Of a stretch of 64,000 bases of DNA, positions 62,943 to 64,000 are shown piece after piece; within the stretch, counting starts at the first letter, position 1, and each line of letters starts with the position of its first letter. The stretch covers positions 20,262-84,261 of the forward strand of contig CAWHDZ010000012.1 in NCBI GenBank assembly GCA_963828255.1. The letters run 5' to 3'. A model generated the notes under the pieces. It was given only the letters and a program-made list of their open reading frames with translations. It was not told where the DNA came from and searched no databases. This DNA is from an uncultured delta proteobacterium (GTDB lineage: Bacteria > Myxococcota > Myxococcia > Myxococcales > Anaeromyxobacteraceae). Made by a program: the position numbers and the translations under genes.

Positions 62943-64000
62943 ATGGATTCCACGATGAACGGCAACGCTTCCATCGCCGCACGGGCGCAGGCGGTCCTCA
63001 CCCCCAACTACCGGCAGGCGCCGGTGGCGCTGGTCCGGGGGCAGGGGAGCCGGGTCTGGGACGCCGACGGCAAGGAGTACCTGGACCTCATCTGCGGCAT
63101 CGCCGTGAACGCGCTGGGGCACTGCCATCCGGCCGTTGTCCGCGCGCTCGAGGAGCAGGGGCGCGCGCTCTGGCACGTGTCCAACCTCTTCTACACCCCG
63201 CGTGCGGTGGAGCTGGCCGAGGAGCTCGTCCGTGGCTCGTTCGCCCGGCGGGTCTTCTTCTGCAACTCGGGGGCCGAGGCCAACGAGGCCATGCTCAAGC
63301 TGGCCCGGAAGGTCCACGCCGACGAAGGCCACCCGGAGCGCAACGAGATCGTGGCCTGCGTCAACTCCTTCCACGGGCGCACCCTCTTCGCGCTCACCGT
63401 CACCGGCCAGGAGAAGTACCACCACGGGTTCGAGCCGCTCGTGCCCTCGGTCCGCCACGTCCCCTTCGGCGACCTTCCGGCGCTGGAGCAGGCGCTCGGC
63501 CCCCGCACCGCCGCCTTCGTGGTCGAGCCCATCCAGGCCGAGGCGGGCGTGCTCCCGCCCCCCGCCGGCTACCTGGCCGAGGCGCGGAGGCTGGCCCACG
63601 CGGCCGGCGCCCTCTTCTGCCTCGACGAGGTGCAGACCGGCATGGGGCGCACGGGCAAGCTCTGGGCCCACGAGTGGGAGGGCGTGACGCCCGACATCAT
63701 GAGCTCGGCCAAGGCGCTCGCCAACGGCTTTCCCATGGGGGCCATGCTGGCCACCGAGCAGGTGGGGATGCACCTCACGCCGGGCAGCCACGCCAGCACC
63801 TTCGGCGGGACGGCGCTGGCCTCGGCGGTGGCGCTCGCCACCCTGCGGGAGATCCGTGCGGTGCTTCCGGCGTCCGGAGAGGTGGCCGAGCGGCTCCGGG
63901 CAAGGCTCTCGGCCATCCCGGGCGGCCGGGTCGTGGGGGTCCGCGGTCGCGGCATGCTCCTCGGCGTGATGGTCCGCGGCGTGAAGGCCGGCGACGTCGT
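62943..64000 (+). CDS. argD: Acetylornithine aminotransferase (runs off window)
   Basis: Hand translation: YLDLICGIAVNALGHCHP, NSGAEANE, SFHGRT, DEVQTGMGRTG, AKALANG. Confidence 0.88.
   Translation, partial: MDSTMNGNASIAARAQAVLTPNYRQAPVALVRGQGSRVWDADGKEYLDLICGIAVNALGHCHPAVVRALEEQGRALWHVSNLFYTPRAVELAEELVRGSFARRVFFCNSGAEANEAMLKLARKVHADEGHPERNEIVACVNSFHGRTLFALTVTGQEKYHHGFEPLVPSVRHVPFGDLPALEQALGPRTAAFVVEPIQAEAGVLPPPAGYLAEARRLAHAAGALFCLDEVQTGMGRTGKLWAHEWEGVTPDIMSSAKALANGFPMGAMLATEQVGMHLTPGSHASTFGGTALASAVALATLREIRAVLPASGEVAERLRARLSAIPGGRVVGVRGRGMLLGVMVRGVKAGDV

Overview
High-GC bacterial chromosome segment; gene content and order suggest Myxococcota (Anaeromyxobacter-like; inference). About 1-15.5 kb is accessory: an FAD oxidoreductase, orphan lipoproteins, msrB, TerB, an HD hydrolase, cytochrome c, tRNA-Arg(CCG), a 5'-nucleotidase and a tetraheme cytochrome c/NrfC/NrfD module. 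The rest is housekeeping: yceD-rpmF-plsX-fabHDG-acpP-fabF, rpiB-glyA-nrdR-ribDE-ribBA-ribH-nusB, asnS, leuS-lptE, rpsT, mazG, phoH-HDIG-ybeY-lnt-prfB, a PilT paralog, MoxR, pgeF, LysM-dprA-topA-trmFO-xerC-hslVU-argD. The most striking unexplained signal is a dispersed, mostly intragenic palindrome, TNCAC-N5-GTGNA (28 core sites by hand count). It is usually built from otherwise avoided A/T-ending codons, which suggests a chromosome-wide binding or modification site under selection. Also notable are an HNH endonuclease inserted antisense in the phoH operon with a repeat-containing leader, a DnaA-box/IHF-like cluster upstream of rpsT, an AT-rich operator-like palindrome before rpiB, a DUF4388-MshEN-pseudopilin-like fusion, and a 1-nt frameshift in fabF. 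All calls come from motif recognition; no database searches were run.
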